NCBI GenBank assembly: GCA_043719805.1
Contig: JAYSTI010000001.1
Coordinates: forward strand, 4,161-68,160
Source: Candidatus Lloydbacteria bacterium
GTDB lineage: Bacteria > Patescibacteriota > Minisyncoccia > Phycocordibacterales > UBA6899
Direction: 5' to 3'
Length of the DNA: 64,000 nucleotides
The translations under genes and the position numbers were made by a program. How positions within the stretch are numbered: position 1 is the stretch's first letter; every line of letters starts with the position of its first letter. A model generated the notes under the pieces. It was not told where the DNA came from and did not search any database. It saw only the letters and a program-made list of their open reading frames with translations. Below, piece by piece: positions 1 to 10,234 of this stretch.

Positions 1-278
1 AGTATCTCGTGCTTCAGCGAAAGCTGCAGCGCGTAATCCGCTATTTGCCACGGGCTGCAGGAAAGATAATGTGTCTCTTCAGGATTCTTGCGCGATGCGG
101 ACCCGGTGATGATTTCCTTTATCACCCCGACGTACATACCGTGTTTTTTTGTCGCCTCGACAAGCGCTTCCTCTCCGGGAAGCATTCCGTGCACGCGTAC
201 CGGCTTTCCTTCGTATGTCCCTTCCGCGGCACCATCGTGCGCTATCTTTTCCGCCTTCATCGTGAATACTTTGTTCAT
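1..278 (-). CDS. TRAM-domain RNA (uracil-5)-methyltransferase family protein, N-terminal part (gene continues beyond window start)
   Basis: I translated the reverse complement of 1-278 by hand. It gives MNKVFTMKAEKIAHDGAAEGTYEGKPVRVHGMLPGEEALVEATKK...SCSPWQIADYALQLSLK, a TRAM-domain pattern as in the RlmD/TrmA family. The ATG is at 278-276 on the minus strand. The product is absent from the supplied ORF track because the window edge truncates it. Confidence 0.45.
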   Translation of the reverse strand, partial: MNKVFTMKAEKIAHDGAAEGTYEGKPVRVHGMLPGEEALVEATKKHGMYVGVIKEIITGSASRKNPEETHYLSCSPWQIADYALQLSLKHEI

Positions 279-585
279 GGGTGTAAGCCTACGCGAACTT
301 GACTTTTTTGCAAATAGATATTAAATAACGGGAAGACAAACACCACTCACGAAAGATTTCGACCATGGAAAACACAGGCAAGGCACTGGGCATTCTCGCT
401 CTGTTAGCGGGCGTCGTAGGCATCTGCTACGTATTGAAATCACTACACCTCATGAACGCAGTTATGTTTCCCAATTACGATTGCGGCAGGACTTGGCACG
501 TGGAAAATCATGGACTAACGAATCACGCACGGCTAAACCCCGTGTTTTTTTATTTTCCAATTTTTATAATGCTATACTGATGACC

Positions 586-1119
586 ATGAAACTTATCGTC
601 GTCAGGCACGGAGAAACAGATGCGAACAAAGAAAATAGACTGCAAGGCTCGGAAGGCCCAAATCTACCCCTTAATGCAGAAGGACTTGCGATGATTCAAA
701 AACTGAGCGAAGAGTTGCTAGTCTCTCCGGAGATTATGTATGTGTCGCCACTTTTGCGCACTCAAGAGACCGCGGAAATATTAAACAGGCGTTTTCAAGT
801 ACCAGTCGTGTTAGTTCCTGAAATACGTGAGCGCAACTTCGGCTCACTGTCGGGCAAATTCCGCAAAGACATCAACCAGCAACTCGTTCAAGATGACCTT
901 GAGGGTCACTACGACTACCACCCCTACGGCGGCGAATCAGTCGAAGACGTTACAAAGCGCGTGCAAGAATTCATCCAATCACTGCAGACACGAAAAGAAA
1001 CAAGCATCGTGCTTGTCACCCATCGCGGCGTCATCCGTATCCTCTACGATCTCTATCCGTACGACGTCACCGCGGCAAACATCGTCCCCGGCTCAATACA
1101 CATTTTTGAAATTTCTTAG
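586..1119 (+). CDS. histidine phosphatase family protein (phosphoglycerate mutase-like)
   Basis: LIVVRHGETDANKENRLQG is an RHG catalytic motif. The start was moved to the in-frame ATG at 586 (alternatively 580). TATAAT lies at 565-570. Confidence 0.75.
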   Translation: MKLIVVRHGETDANKENRLQGSEGPNLPLNAEGLAMIQKLSEELLVSPEIMYVSPLLRTQETAEILNRRFQVPVVLVPEIRERNFGSLSGKFRKDINQQLVQDDLEGHYDYHPYGGESVEDVTKRVQEFIQSLQTRKETSIVLVTHRGVIRILYDLYPYDVTAANIVPGSIHIFEIS

Positions 1120-1251
1120 ACAAAATGAAAAGTGCTCCCACCGTATAAAGATAAATTCTACTGACACTCATTGTGCCGGTAATATCTTTTGGTTAGAGTC
1201 ACTTTTGCGAGAAATATTTGCTCCACGATAGAGCGAGGTTTTCTCAACCCC

Positions 1252-1617
1252 TTATTTGTCGTCCCACACGCCGAGCACTTTGTGTGCAAAGTCGATAGGA
1301 CAGAGTCTAATGTGCTTCACGTACGGAGTGCCAAAACTCCTGTTGCAAATTTGAATTCCGGTTCGCGAACTCATGTGCTCGGTAAGCACGAGCGCGGGCC
1401 GTTGATGATATGGCATCTTCATGTCCGGCGACTTTTCTCGGAGGACCCCGACAACATCGGAAAAGATTCTATCGGTCTCGGGAGACTCGACGCGCTTTTC
1501 GACGATATACCAGGTCTGAAGTACAGAAGCACCGATTATGGCGGGCTTTCCGCGTTCGACAGAACGCTGGATCCTTTTTGATTTGCGAAGGTTCATGGCA
1601 CACTCCTTGAGGAACAA
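1252..1617 (-). CDS. hypothetical protein
   Basis: 121-aa ORF with no recognisable motif, divergent from the 1771 gene. An alternative start is M8 at 1596. Confidence 0.3.
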   Translation of the reverse strand: MFLKECAMNLRKSKRIQRSVERGKPAIIGASVLQTWYIVEKRVESPETDRIFSDVVGVLREKSPDMKMPYHQRPALVLTEHMSSRTGIQICNRSFGTPYVKHIRLCPIDFAHKVLGVWDDK

Positions 1618-1664
1618 TGCGCAGCAAGACGCTACGTCACTACTTTATATCATTAATTTGTAAA

Positions 1665-1689
1665 TTGTCAAATATTGAAAATTTGACAA
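1665..1689. promoter_or_regulatory. perfect 9-bp inverted repeat TTGTCAAAT-N7-ATTTGACAA overlapping a TTGACA -35-like hexamer
   Basis: Read directly at 1665-1673 and 1681-1689. It sits in the divergent intergenic region between the minus gene starting at 1617 and the plus gene starting at 1771. Confidence 0.45.
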
Positions 1690-1770
1690 CCTTGCATACA
1701 ACTGTTTATGTGTATTTTAGAAGCACGCCCCAAACCACCGAACAATCGGTCAAACCATCGAAGGAATGCC

Positions 1771-2073
1771 ATGACAACTCCAAGAGGAACGATGACACTC
1801 TCCGCTTTCATGAAGTTGATGGATGCGACGCTCAAGGTCAGCATCGTCGACAACGCAACGGAGGGCGAAAAAATCTCAGTGTCGCTTGATGGCGCCAGGT
1901 ACGGCACGTTTGAGAGCATTGGACAACCATCTTCCGGTCGTAGTACTCCGGGATGGGGAAACACGTTTGACGGGGCAGCCGGAGACCTGATTGCCGAGAT
2001 CAACAAATTTAACTTTGTCTCATTAGAGGCCGGGAAGTGGATTCCCCTTCCGAAAATCAGCACATTTCAATAA
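1771..2073 (+). CDS. hypothetical protein
   Basis: ORF starts MTTPRGTMTLSAFMKLM. An AAGGA RBS lies 6 nt upstream of the ATG at 1771. It is followed by tandem intrinsic terminators. Confidence 0.45.
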   Translation: MTTPRGTMTLSAFMKLMDATLKVSIVDNATEGEKISVSLDGARYGTFESIGQPSSGRSTPGWGNTFDGAAGDLIAEINKFNFVSLEAGKWIPLPKISTFQ

Positions 2074-2105
2074 CCCGTTTGACAAAGCTTGGTCAAAGCA
2101 TTCAA

Positions 2106-2128
2106 ACTCGCTCGTTGCGAGTTTTTTT
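2106..2128 (+). terminator. rho-independent terminator
   Basis: Stem ctcgc/gcgag with loop tcgtt, then T7. Confidence 0.5.
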
Positions 2129-2133
2129 CTTAC

Positions 2134-2162
2134 AAAAAAACCCGCCATGTGGCGGGTTTTGA
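2134..2162. terminator. rho-independent terminator, likely bidirectional
   Basis: A7, then stem cccgcca/tggcggg with a 2-nt loop, then T4. Confidence 0.55.
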
Positions 2163-2610
2163 TTCGGAAAAAGAACTGTTGCTCACCCTGCGACGTTTGA
2201 CTGTACGTTCGACAGTATCGTCTCTGTGAGCCCAAAGAACGCGGTGAGGGTTCCCTCAAGTCCGGACATCATGCCCGGCATAAGGAGCTTCAGAACCACG
2301 ATCGTAAGTCCTAATCCCAATGCCTTGAAGATTCCCATAACGTTTCTCTGTTACGGAGGAGATCCTATCGACACAGGACCTAGGACCACTAATCGTGTCC
2401 ATTCCCTCCCCGCGTGCGAAAGAGACGCTACGAATGTATCTCGCGCATAAGGGGGGGCTGAAGCCTGCTATTTCCTCGACTGGCAATGAACTCTCGTTCG
2501 TTGTCGCCTACTAACATAATTATGGAACACGAACGAAAGAGTTGCAAGTGGCGGGTAATTTTGCTCCAAGTTATAATAGAGAAAGATGTATCTTTGATTT
2601 AAGGACCCTC

Positions 2611-3174
2611 ATGCAAAACACATGGGTAATCATCACGGGCGCCTCAGGCGCTGGTAAGGACGTTCTCACAAAAGGTATTCGCGCGCATTTCACGAATTCG
2701 GGAAAGGTACTGACGTCGACAACGCGACCGCAACGCCCCGGCGAAGAAAACGGCAAAGCGTATAACTTTTTTTCGCAAGTGGAGTTCGAGCGAAGGATTG
2801 CGCTTGGCGAATTCGTCGAGTACGTAAATGTACATGGATTTCTCTACGGCACCCGCCGCGAAGACCTTGCAGCCGCACGACGCGGCCACCGTCTGGTCAT
2901 TTCCCTCATGGACCCGTTTGGCGCGCTTGCCATGCTCCAAAAATATCCCGATGCGCGGACGATATTCGTTGACGCGCCAAGAGAGGAGCTGCGTCGACGC
3001 CTCATCGCACGAGGTGACACAAGAGAAGCGATCGCCGTCCGAATGAAAACTCGCCGCAGCGAAATTCGCCTGAAGGATGAATTCGGGCTCTATGTACAAA
3101 ACATCGACCTCGCAGAAACTCTGGCAAAGATAGTCCGCAACATCACCAAGTGGGATGCCGGAAGCACCACATAG
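2611..3174 (+). CDS. gmk: guanylate kinase
   Basis: P-loop GASGAGK and TTRPQRPGEENGKAY..F are guanylate kinase signature motifs. Start set at the ATG at 2611. Confidence 0.85.
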   Translation: MQNTWVIITGASGAGKDVLTKGIRAHFTNSGKVLTSTTRPQRPGEENGKAYNFFSQVEFERRIALGEFVEYVNVHGFLYGTRREDLAAARRGHRLVISLMDPFGALAMLQKYPDARTIFVDAPREELRRRLIARGDTREAIAVRMKTRRSEIRLKDEFGLYVQNIDLAETLAKIVRNITKWDAGSTT

Positions 3175-3186
3175 CCCCGCCCACGA

Positions 3187-3210
3187 CCCACCGCTTTCGG
3201 TGGGTTTTTT
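3187..3210 (+). terminator. rho-independent terminator
   Basis: Stem cccaccg/cggtggg followed by T6. Confidence 0.55.
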
Positions 3211-3258
3211 GTCCCCAAAAACGGAGCAGATAAGCATTCTTTCTGCTATTATTATGTA

Positions 3259-5262
3259 ATGATATTTCAACTACTCATCAATCGCTCCTACGGCATGCAG
3301 CGAATAATAATTCGCCTTGTTCTGGGAATCATAGTTCCCCTCTTGGCAATTGGCATATTTATTTTGTATTTTGAACGTTCCACACTTAATGCCGTCGCAA
3401 TAAGCAATGCAAGTTCGGTTACTGAATTGAAGGGCGCACAAATGTCATTGTGGAGTGTCGAATACGAAAACGAAAATAACGACATCGCTGCCGACAGCGC
3501 AATCAACACCATACTGAAACAGGAGGCGACCTCCTCAACAGATGTTGCTCTCGCAAAACGACAATACGATCAGATTGGCGCAGTTCTTAAAGAAAAAATT
3601 CAACATCGTAAAGAGACGTATAAAGACATAATCCTTTTCGACCTCGTCACAGAGAAAATAATCGGCGAATATCCACCACAAACAAGTGAAACTGGGCTGC
3701 CTCTTTCCATACTCGCACAAAAAGCCCGCACAAAAATGACGATGGCAAGCGCGCATGACCCGAAAACCAATGTCCACACAATCATAATCGCAACGCCTTT
3801 TCACGACACATCTCCATTTAAAAATATTGTCGTCCTTTCGGAAATCTATGCCGAGTCATTCATCTCTATCGGCACCAATCATGCCGGCCTCGGCGACAAT
3901 GCCTCCTCCTATCTCATCGACTCAAATGGCACGGTTGTACGCTCCAACGTGGTTGATGACGTAGGACCCTCAGTCAATGCTTCACCGAGCTTTCTTGCCG
4001 ATATGTTAAGTCGTGCAATGCTGGAAAAAAGCGGAACATACACTACAAAACTTGAGCGCAAATCAAACACTATCATTTCATATGTATCACTCCCGGTCGG
4101 ATGGATACTTGTAACGGAGATTCCGGCGGACGCGCTCGCTGGCATCGTCAACTGGACGCTCCTCCTCAGTTTGCTTTTTGTATTCATTTTGACGTCGGTA
4201 CTCCTTACGATAGTCAATCTTCGCTCACTCATCACTCCGCTACGCAAAGCTAGCGAACAAATATCTCAGGCCGGGACGTCGCTTGCGTCAACATCACAAC
4301 AGGTTGCAACGCTTGCCCAGAGCAATGCCGATATCGCTGAGCAGGTGGCGCTAGGTGCTGTGACTCAATCAACGCAAGCAGAGTCAATTTCTCACTCCAT
4401 TGCCGAGTTAGCCGGTGGTGCACAGGGAATGCTCGGTACCGCAGAAGAAGCATCGCGCGTGGCAAAAGAAGTGTCTCAGGTGACACAGCAGGCGGGAGCA
4501 AAAGGAGAGCAATCACAAAAAAGCCTCGATCAAATCAGAAAAATGACCACTGACACTGCCGTCATCGCGCGGACCACGGGCAACCGTTCACGTGAAATAC
4601 GTACCATTGTCGACACCATCACAAAGATTGCCGAACAGACAAACCTTCTCTCCTTAAATGCCGCGATAGAAGCGGCGCGCGCCGGAGATGCCGGACGGGG
4701 CTTCTCCGTTGTCGCAGACGAAATTCGCAAACTTGCCGAGCAATCAGCAAATGCGGCAGAAGAAATTAAAGGTCGTGTGGAAATCATGCTTTTGCAAATA
4801 AACGACACCGTGCTCGCTGCAGAAAAAGGACTCGAGCACGCTGATGAAAACGCAAAAGTAGTCAACGAGTCGCTCGTCGACCTTCAAAGCATGTCCGGCT
4901 CTATCCAGCAACTCTCCGCGCGCATCAAGGAGATTACTGACCGAACCAAAGATCAGACAGCACTCGTACAGCGTGTCGCCGAAGGTATCGACGCCATCGC
5001 AAGTGTCGCTCAACAGAATTCAACGAGTTCGGAGCAGCTTTCAGCCTCGACGCAGCAGCAAAGTGCAGCAAACCAGCAGGTGGCTGCAGCCGCACAACAA
5101 CTACAAGCCCTTGCTACAGATTTCCAGCAGTTGACCGGGGGTTCTGTCGTAGAGCCTGCGCCGGGCTCGCATCACGAGCACGCGCTCCTCCGAAGCAAGA
5201 AACCCATAACCGCATATGTGCTCGAGAATGAATCCCGGGATGAAGGTGGTCGCGCCGCATAA
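3259..5262 (+). CDS. methyl-accepting chemotaxis protein
   Basis: N-terminal TM, a periplasmic region and a second TM. The MCP signalling-domain hallmark [35 protein letters not shown] is present. The C-terminus is Gln/Ala-rich. Confidence 0.85.
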   Translation: MIFQLLINRSYGMQRIIIRLVLGIIVPLLAIGIFILYFERSTLNAVAISNASSVTELKGAQMSLWSVEYENENNDIAADSAINTILKQEATSSTDVALAKRQYDQIGAVLKEKIQHRKETYKDIILFDLVTEKIIGEYPPQTSETGLPLSILAQKARTKMTMASAHDPKTNVHTIIIATPFHDTSPFKNIVVLSEIYAESFISIGTNHAGLGDNASSYLIDSNGTVVRSNVVDDVGPSVNASPSFLADMLSRAMLEKSGTYTTKLERKSNTIISYVSLPVGWILVTEIPADALAGIVNWTLLLSLLFVFILTSVLLTIVNLRSLITPLRKASEQISQAGTSLASTSQQVATLAQSNADIAEQVALGAVTQSTQAESISHSIAELAGGAQGMLGTAEEASRVAKEVSQVTQQAGAKGEQSQKSLDQIRKMTTDTAVIARTTGNRSREIRTIVDTITKIAEQTNLLSLNAAIEAARAGDAGRGFSVVADEIRKLAEQSANAAEEIKGRVEIMLLQINDTVLAAEKGLEHADENAKVVNESLVDLQSMSGSIQQLSARIKEITDRTKDQTALVQRVAEGIDAIASVAQQNSTSSEQLSASTQQQSAANQQVAAAAQQLQALATDFQQLTGGSVVEPAPGSHHEHALLRSKKPITAYVLENESRDEGGRAA

Positions 5263-5311
5263 GCGGCCACGGTCGGCACCTCACATTGCGCCACACATCA
5301 AAAGCACCAAC

Positions 5312-6145
5312 ATGAAAAAAAGAATTGCGATATTTTATCGAGAAGACAACAAAAGGGCGCACAACTGGAAAAAGAAGATTGTTGCGCACATGGCCAAGCA
5401 TCATCCGAATGTTCTCGTCGTAACTGAAAAACCTCATTACATCATCGCACTAGGAGGTGATGGAACAATACTCGAAAGTGCACGCATGTTTCGCAAAGAT
5501 GCACCAACGTTGCTCGGCCTGAATCTCGGCCACGTCGGCTTTCTTGCGTCTGCGCGCAGGCCGGCACAATTCATCGGCGCCGTAGACGCATTACTTGCCG
5601 GAAAATTCGTCACCACCAACCGCATGATGCTTGCGGCAAAGCTATTTCGCGACGGAGCGGAGATTTATGCGACAGACTGCCTCAACGAGGTAACGGCGCA
5701 GGGAATTTTGGGCTCCATCAAAATGACTATTTCCGTCGACGGGCACCCCCTACAATACGTTCATGGCTCAGGAGTCATCGTCGCCACGCCGACCGGTTCC
5801 ACTGCATACAATCTTTCCGCGCACGGACCCATCGTAACCCCGGATATTCATTGTATGATAGTGACCGAACTCCTCGACCACAATATTCCCACCCCATCTC
5901 TCGTCCTTAAAAACAACAAAACCGTACACATCAATATCACCGAGGTGCGCAAAAGGAAGATTCTCGTGATGGTAGGCACCGGTGAGCCGGTAGATGCGGT
6001 ACTCACCGCAGACGACCTAAGTCTTTTTCCCCTTCGCGAACACGACCAAATCGAGGTCGCAATGTCCAAGCATGTCATTAAATTTGCCGAGTTTGAAAAG
6101 AGCTATTTTCTCAAAAGCCTGCAGAAAAAGTTTGCATTCCGCTAA
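5312..6145 (+). CDS. nadK: NAD(+) kinase
   Basis: GGDGTIL and NEVTAQG...VATPTGSTAYNLSAHGPIV are NAD kinase motifs. Start at the ATG at 5312. Confidence 0.85.
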   Translation: MKKRIAIFYREDNKRAHNWKKKIVAHMAKHHPNVLVVTEKPHYIIALGGDGTILESARMFRKDAPTLLGLNLGHVGFLASARRPAQFIGAVDALLAGKFVTTNRMMLAAKLFRDGAEIYATDCLNEVTAQGILGSIKMTISVDGHPLQYVHGSGVIVATPTGSTAYNLSAHGPIVTPDIHCMIVTELLDHNIPTPSLVLKNNKTVHINITEVRKRKILVMVGTGEPVDAVLTADDLSLFPLREHDQIEVAMSKHVIKFAEFEKSYFLKSLQKKFAFR

Positions 6146-6163
6146 TTTTCTGCGATACAATGG

Positions 6164-6358
6164 TTGTATATGAAAAAACTGCACAAAAGTAATGACTCTA
6201 AGGTCGCAAGCGGTGTGTTTGGCGGGGTCGGTGAATGGATGGAAGTTAGTCCGGGTATTCTACGATTTGCCTATATCATCGTCGCAATTCTTACCGGTGT
6301 CCTTCCGGCAATCATGCTTTATTTAATCGCCCACTTTCTCATTCCAAAGAAAATATAG
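6164..6358 (+). CDS. PspC-domain membrane protein
   Basis: KLHKSNDSKVASGVFGGVGEWMEV...YIIVAILTGVLP..YLIAHFLIP matches the PspC domain pattern. Confidence 0.55.
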   Translation: MYMKKLHKSNDSKVASGVFGGVGEWMEVSPGILRFAYIIVAILTGVLPAIMLYLIAHFLIPKKI

Positions 6359-6364
6359 TGTGAC

Positions 6365-6393
6365 AAAAAAGACCCCATGCGGGGTCTTTTTTT
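6365..6393 (+). terminator. rho-independent terminator
   Basis: A6, stem gacccc/ggggtc, then T7. Confidence 0.55.
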
Positions 6394-6607
6394 ATTCTCT
6401 GTATTGCTGACGTAGAGCGAGCGACCTAATTTTCACGACCGAAGGAAGATGAAAACGGAAGTACTCACATGTGGTGCGAAATGAAAAAGTCTTCTTTTTC
6501 ATTTCCGAGCCGAGGAGAGCTAGAAAAGGTTTAAAACCACGTAACTCTGTCACGGACTCGCGCAATCTCATTGCGAGTCGGGGGCTTGCCCTCTGGTTTT
6601 ATACCTT

Positions 6608-7324
6608 TTACTTTACTTCAATCGACTTAATGACCACCGGTGTGATGGGGCGGTCCTGCTCACCCGTCGGGACTGCATCGATTGCATCAACCACCCCAAG
6701 GCCTTCAACGACCTCGCCAAAGATTGTGTAGAGGGGAGGTAAGGGATAATCGGCGGCCATAATAAAGAATTGGCTTCCATTTGTATTGGGGCCGGAATTC
6801 GCCATTGCGAGAACACCGTGCTTGTACCCCTTCTGATACAAAGCGCTCGTTGGAACGATTTCGTCAGCAAAAGTATAGCCTGGTCCCCCACTGCCCCACC
6901 GTAGCACCTTCAAATCACTCTTAGAAATTGGGTCCCCGGCCTGAATCATAAATCCCTTGATTACACGATGAAATTTCACGTCATCATAGAAGCCTGACTT
7001 TGCGAGTTTAAGAAAATTCTCAACGGTCTTTGGTGCGTCAGCAGCGTGAAATTTAACCGTAATATCCCCCATGCTGGTGTGAAGTGTCGCATTGCTCACT
7101 TCGTTTGTTTTTGGTTCCATTGTAGTTTGTGGTAATTGAGTAACATTCGGCACTGGTTCGACAGAGGTCGACGTTGCAATCGGCACGCCATCCACGGTTA
7201 TTTCCGCCGCGGGAATGGTTGTGGCTGTATCGGTCTTCGGTGTGCTACCACTCGAGAGATACAACAATGCGGCAATTGCCACGATAATAATTCCTCCTCC
7301 GACTATCCACGTTGTTTGATTCAT
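6608..7324 (-). CDS. membrane-anchored cyclophilin-type peptidyl-prolyl cis-trans isomerase
   Basis: HRVIKGFMIQAGDP and GSQFFI are cyclophilin motifs. Start chosen at MNQTTWIVGGGIIIVAIAALLYL (signal anchor). An alternative ATG is at 7366. The track ORF upstream of that overlaps the neighbouring gene. Confidence 0.75.
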   Translation of the reverse strand: MNQTTWIVGGGIIIVAIAALLYLSSGSTPKTDTATTIPAAEITVDGVPIATSTSVEPVPNVTQLPQTTMEPKTNEVSNATLHTSMGDITVKFHAADAPKTVENFLKLAKSGFYDDVKFHRVIKGFMIQAGDPISKSDLKVLRWGSGGPGYTFADEIVPTSALYQKGYKHGVLAMANSGPNTNGSQFFIMAADYPLPPLYTIFGEVVEGLGVVDAIDAVPTGEQDRPITPVVIKSIEVK

Positions 7325-7425
7325 GTGATAAAAATTACCGTCAATAATACCAAGAGAGTATACCATCCGAGCTGCATTAATTTCAACAAAAAACCCGCTC
7401 GGAGCGGGAATGGCCTTAGTCTGTG

Positions 7426-8193
7426 TTATTTCGTAAATAATGCGACCGATTGCCTGAGGTAGCGCTCCGCAAGCAAGATGTCGAGAGGATCTTTCTTGTC
7501 CCCGCTCGGGCGAAGTTTCGACTGTGCATCGAACGAAAGTTTTGGGTATGCGGCAACAAGCGACGCGACAGGACCCATCGAGTATGGTCCGATACCCCCT
7601 CCAACCGCAGGAAGTAGGTCTGGGCAATCCGCCACAAGTACTCCGATGTATTTCGCGAGCAAGTCGGCATCCATGTCTTTTCCCTCGCCCATGCTTCTAT
7701 CGAAAAGCACGGCATCAACAGAGTTGCCATAACTCATCAGTCGTTCGCAGGAGGCAACTGGGTCGTCACCACAGACGGCCATCGCGTTAGTGCCCACCTG
7801 AAGTACTATGGGAATGTTGAACCGCTCGCGAAATTTTCTGAGCTCAAGCGGGTCCGGCCAAATCATGTCGAGCTGTATCGCCCGCAGGTACGGCCCACCG
7901 TAGCTCACCACCATAGCCAGCGTCTTCGCCAGTTCACGGTCTGCATTTGTTCCAACAGCATAGTCAGCGTAGTGAATGGTATTCAACGCCCGTGGGTCGG
8001 CAATGAATATCGCACTGATATCCTCCTTCTTCGGGAAGACGTCTGTCCACTGGCTTGGAACGTCATAGAGCGTTTTGTGGCTCATCATGAGACCAATCAT
8101 CACGTCATGAGAAAACCCGTAAGGAACGAGCTCAGCGAGTCGCCTCGCCTCTGCCGCCGATGCAACATCGCAAATACCGATATATGGTTTCAT
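7426..8193 (-). CDS. TIM-barrel protein resembling phosphoribosylanthranilate isomerase (TrpF-like)
   Basis: The N-terminus KPYIGICDVASAAEARRLAE and the C-terminal VDAVLFDRSMGEGKDMDADLL...SFDAQSKLRPSGDKKDPLDILLAERYL echo TrpF motifs (D.GG.G..fDW.ll ... D.nS.vE..pG.KD). This is by-eye similarity only. Confidence 0.4.
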   Translation of the reverse strand: MKPYIGICDVASAAEARRLAELVPYGFSHDVMIGLMMSHKTLYDVPSQWTDVFPKKEDISAIFIADPRALNTIHYADYAVGTNADRELAKTLAMVVSYGGPYLRAIQLDMIWPDPLELRKFRERFNIPIVLQVGTNAMAVCGDDPVASCERLMSYGNSVDAVLFDRSMGEGKDMDADLLAKYIGVLVADCPDLLPAVGGGIGPYSMGPVASLVAAYPKLSFDAQSKLRPSGDKKDPLDILLAERYLRQSVALFTK

Positions 8194-8327
8194 GAGAATT
8201 TCTCCTCTGTGAACAACTGCCCCAACACTAGCAACTTGGAATAATTCTGTCTATTCACTCAGTCAAGCTGGAGTGATGGGATTGTTTCAAGAAAATTTGA
8301 CGCAGTATCTAATTACAAATTGTAAAC

Positions 8328-8615
8328 TTAAAAGCTAAGGGTTTTTCGCGTCAATCGAGAGTAAGTCATTCCCATGACCATCCGTTGGCCCACCTCATTT
8401 GGCTCACTTACAGTTATATGCACCGAGTAGGGATAGCCCCTGGACTCAATGTATTCCTTTATTTCCCGTGTAACATCTTCCTTACTTTTTGACCTCATCT
8501 CAATGCTAGATACGTGGGTGTCCTGCATCAACTCCTTAAGCTTTTCTATAATTTGCTCATCACTCTCTAGTCCTTCCCAGTCAATTTGTGTTTCAAAACT
8601 TTCATGCTGTTTCAT
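8328..8615 (-). CDS. hypothetical protein
   Basis: 95-aa ORF with no motif. Confidence 0.3.
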   Translation of the reverse strand: MKQHESFETQIDWEGLESDEQIIEKLKELMQDTHVSSIEMRSKSKEDVTREIKEYIESRGYPYSVHITVSEPNEVGQRMVMGMTYSRLTRKTLSF

Positions 8616-8834
8616 TTTATGTAATGAAAATTATAATATTATTTACTCAGCCTATCAGTTGGTTTTTATACTGGCAAACCAATTTCAGAAATATTACGAA
8701 TGTCACATTTTCCTTGATATTCCTTACCCAAAACAACCTACTGAAAAAGGCTCGAACTCCTCCTCTCTTCCGAGAGAGCGATGGGTCATTTCTGGGATTC
8801 CACTTAGCAAAAATCCAACGCCACTCCTCTTAAG

Positions 8835-8984
8835 CGAGGGAGATATGTCATATTTGGAGACCCCGCAAGGTGCGAAGCTTGGGTCCGTCAAGGCATTTTA
8901 CTTGACGGATTCGCACCGAGGACGGCCTTGTCGCTCCGCAGGAGAGCGACAAGGTTGCTCCAAATATGACATATCACCCGAGCG
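8835..8984. repeat. long imperfect palindrome / candidate structured RNA
   Basis: An 18-bp perfect stem GATATGTCATATTTGGAG / CTCCAAATATGACATATC encloses nested hairpins (ggtgcgaa..ttcgcacc; ccgtcaag..cttgacgg; ccttgtcgctc..gagcgacaagg). It lies immediately 3' of the MacB permease gene. Confidence 0.35.
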
Positions 8985-8988
8985 GTAA

Positions 8989-10232
8989 TCACTCGTATCG
9001 CAGCGCCTCGATCGGACTCTTCTTAGCCGCCTGCCGCGCAGGATAAAGCCCAAAAATAATTCCCACCCCACCCGAAACACCAAGTCCGATGAGCGCAGCC
9101 TTCCATGGGAATGCGAAGAGCCACTCTACGCTCAGCTGTTGCGACAGTACGATAGATGCAGCATAGCCAAGCAGAATTCCCAAGGCAATACCGATGGCCC
9201 CACCCACCATCGTGAGGAGTACCGCTTCAAGTAAAAATTGCGTCAAAATATCTTTATTGGTTGCACCAAGCGCTTTCCGCAAGCCTATCTCCTTTGTTCT
9301 CTCTGTGACCGACACAAGCATGACGTTCATCACGCCGATGCCGCCGACGACCAAGGATATCGCGACCACAGCCGAGAGGAACGCAGTAAGCACCGAGAGT
9401 ATCGTACCTATCTGGTCTATGGCCGCCTGCTGGGTCTCAACATAGAAGTCATCTTTTTCCGGATCAGTAGTGTTGTGCATTTCGCGAAGTGTCGCTTTGA
9501 TGTCTTCAACCGAACGCGCGACCGCCTCTGGGCTCGAAACCTTCACCATGACTTCGTTGTAGTGTTTCCCCGACGAGAGATACGTAAGTGCTGTGGAATA
9601 CGGAATTACGATCATCTTATTTGTGTTGAAGAGTCCTCCCCCGCCCTTTTTGAGCACTGCAACAACGCGAAAATTCTTTGAACCGATACGTATCGATTTC
9701 CCGAGAGGTGTCTCGCTTCCAAAAAGGTCATCGGCAATTTCACCACCAAGCACCGCTACTGCCGCTTCCTGCTTGATGTCCTCCTCGTCAAAAACTGCTC
9801 CGGCCAGAAGCTTCACCTTCATCATGCTTACCATGAACTCGGCAGACCAGCCGTAGATGGTGGGATGTTCGATCTCCGCCCCGTACGTCACTGCTTCGGA
9901 GACCATGAGCAACGGTGCCGACGGACGTAGTCAGGCACATTCTCCTTCCTGCGAAGCGCATCGACTTCCCGCTGCTTGATGGAATCGGCAAATAACGTCT
10001 GGGCAATATCCGTCGGGCCTGATGGTTTTCTTCCGGGGCGTACGACGATGGTCTCCGCACCCATACCCTGAATTTGCCCCAAAATAAGCGCCTGAGCCCC
10101 CTCACCTATTGAGACGATGAGGATGATGGAAGTGACCCCGATGACGATCCCGAGCACAGTAAGTCCAGAGCGGACACTGTTGGTGCCGACTGCTCGTCCT
10201 GCTGATCTCGCTGTGTAAAAAAATGAAGACAT
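8989..10232 (-). pseudogene. MacB-like ABC transporter permease (FtsX domain) split by a frameshift
   Basis: The N-terminal fragment (track 9888..10232) has a TM segment plus a MacB periplasmic domain. The C-terminal fragment (track 8989..9912) has ...LLGEIADDLFG...VGGIGVMNVMLVSVTERTKEIGLRKALGA, the FtsX permease. Reading frames overlap at about 9905-9935. A TGA sits immediately upstream of the C-terminal frame, so a -1 shift there would restore a single protein of about 410 aa. This could equally be a sequencing error. Confidence 0.55.
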
Positions 10233-10234
10233 AA

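Noticed and set aside
9-324. Plus-strand ORFs of 97 and 78 aa at the window start
   Set aside because: The minus strand encodes a clean TRAM-domain methyltransferase N-terminus. The plus ORFs have no motifs.
365-580. 71-aa plus ORF upstream of the histidine phosphatase gene
   Set aside because: It could be a small membrane peptide (MENTGKALGILALLAGVVGICYVL), but it overlaps the phosphatase promoter/start region and has no RBS, so it was left uncalled.
2440-2510. Possible tmRNA tag-like reading frame (ggc aat gaa ... gcc tac taa)
   Set aside because: No tRNA-like acceptor/T-arm, no GGGG 5' end or CCA-proximal T-loop was found on either strand, and the tag ends atypically.
2644-3270. 208-aa minus ORF overlapping gmk
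   Set aside because: gmk motifs are unambiguous on the plus strand, so this is a shadow ORF.
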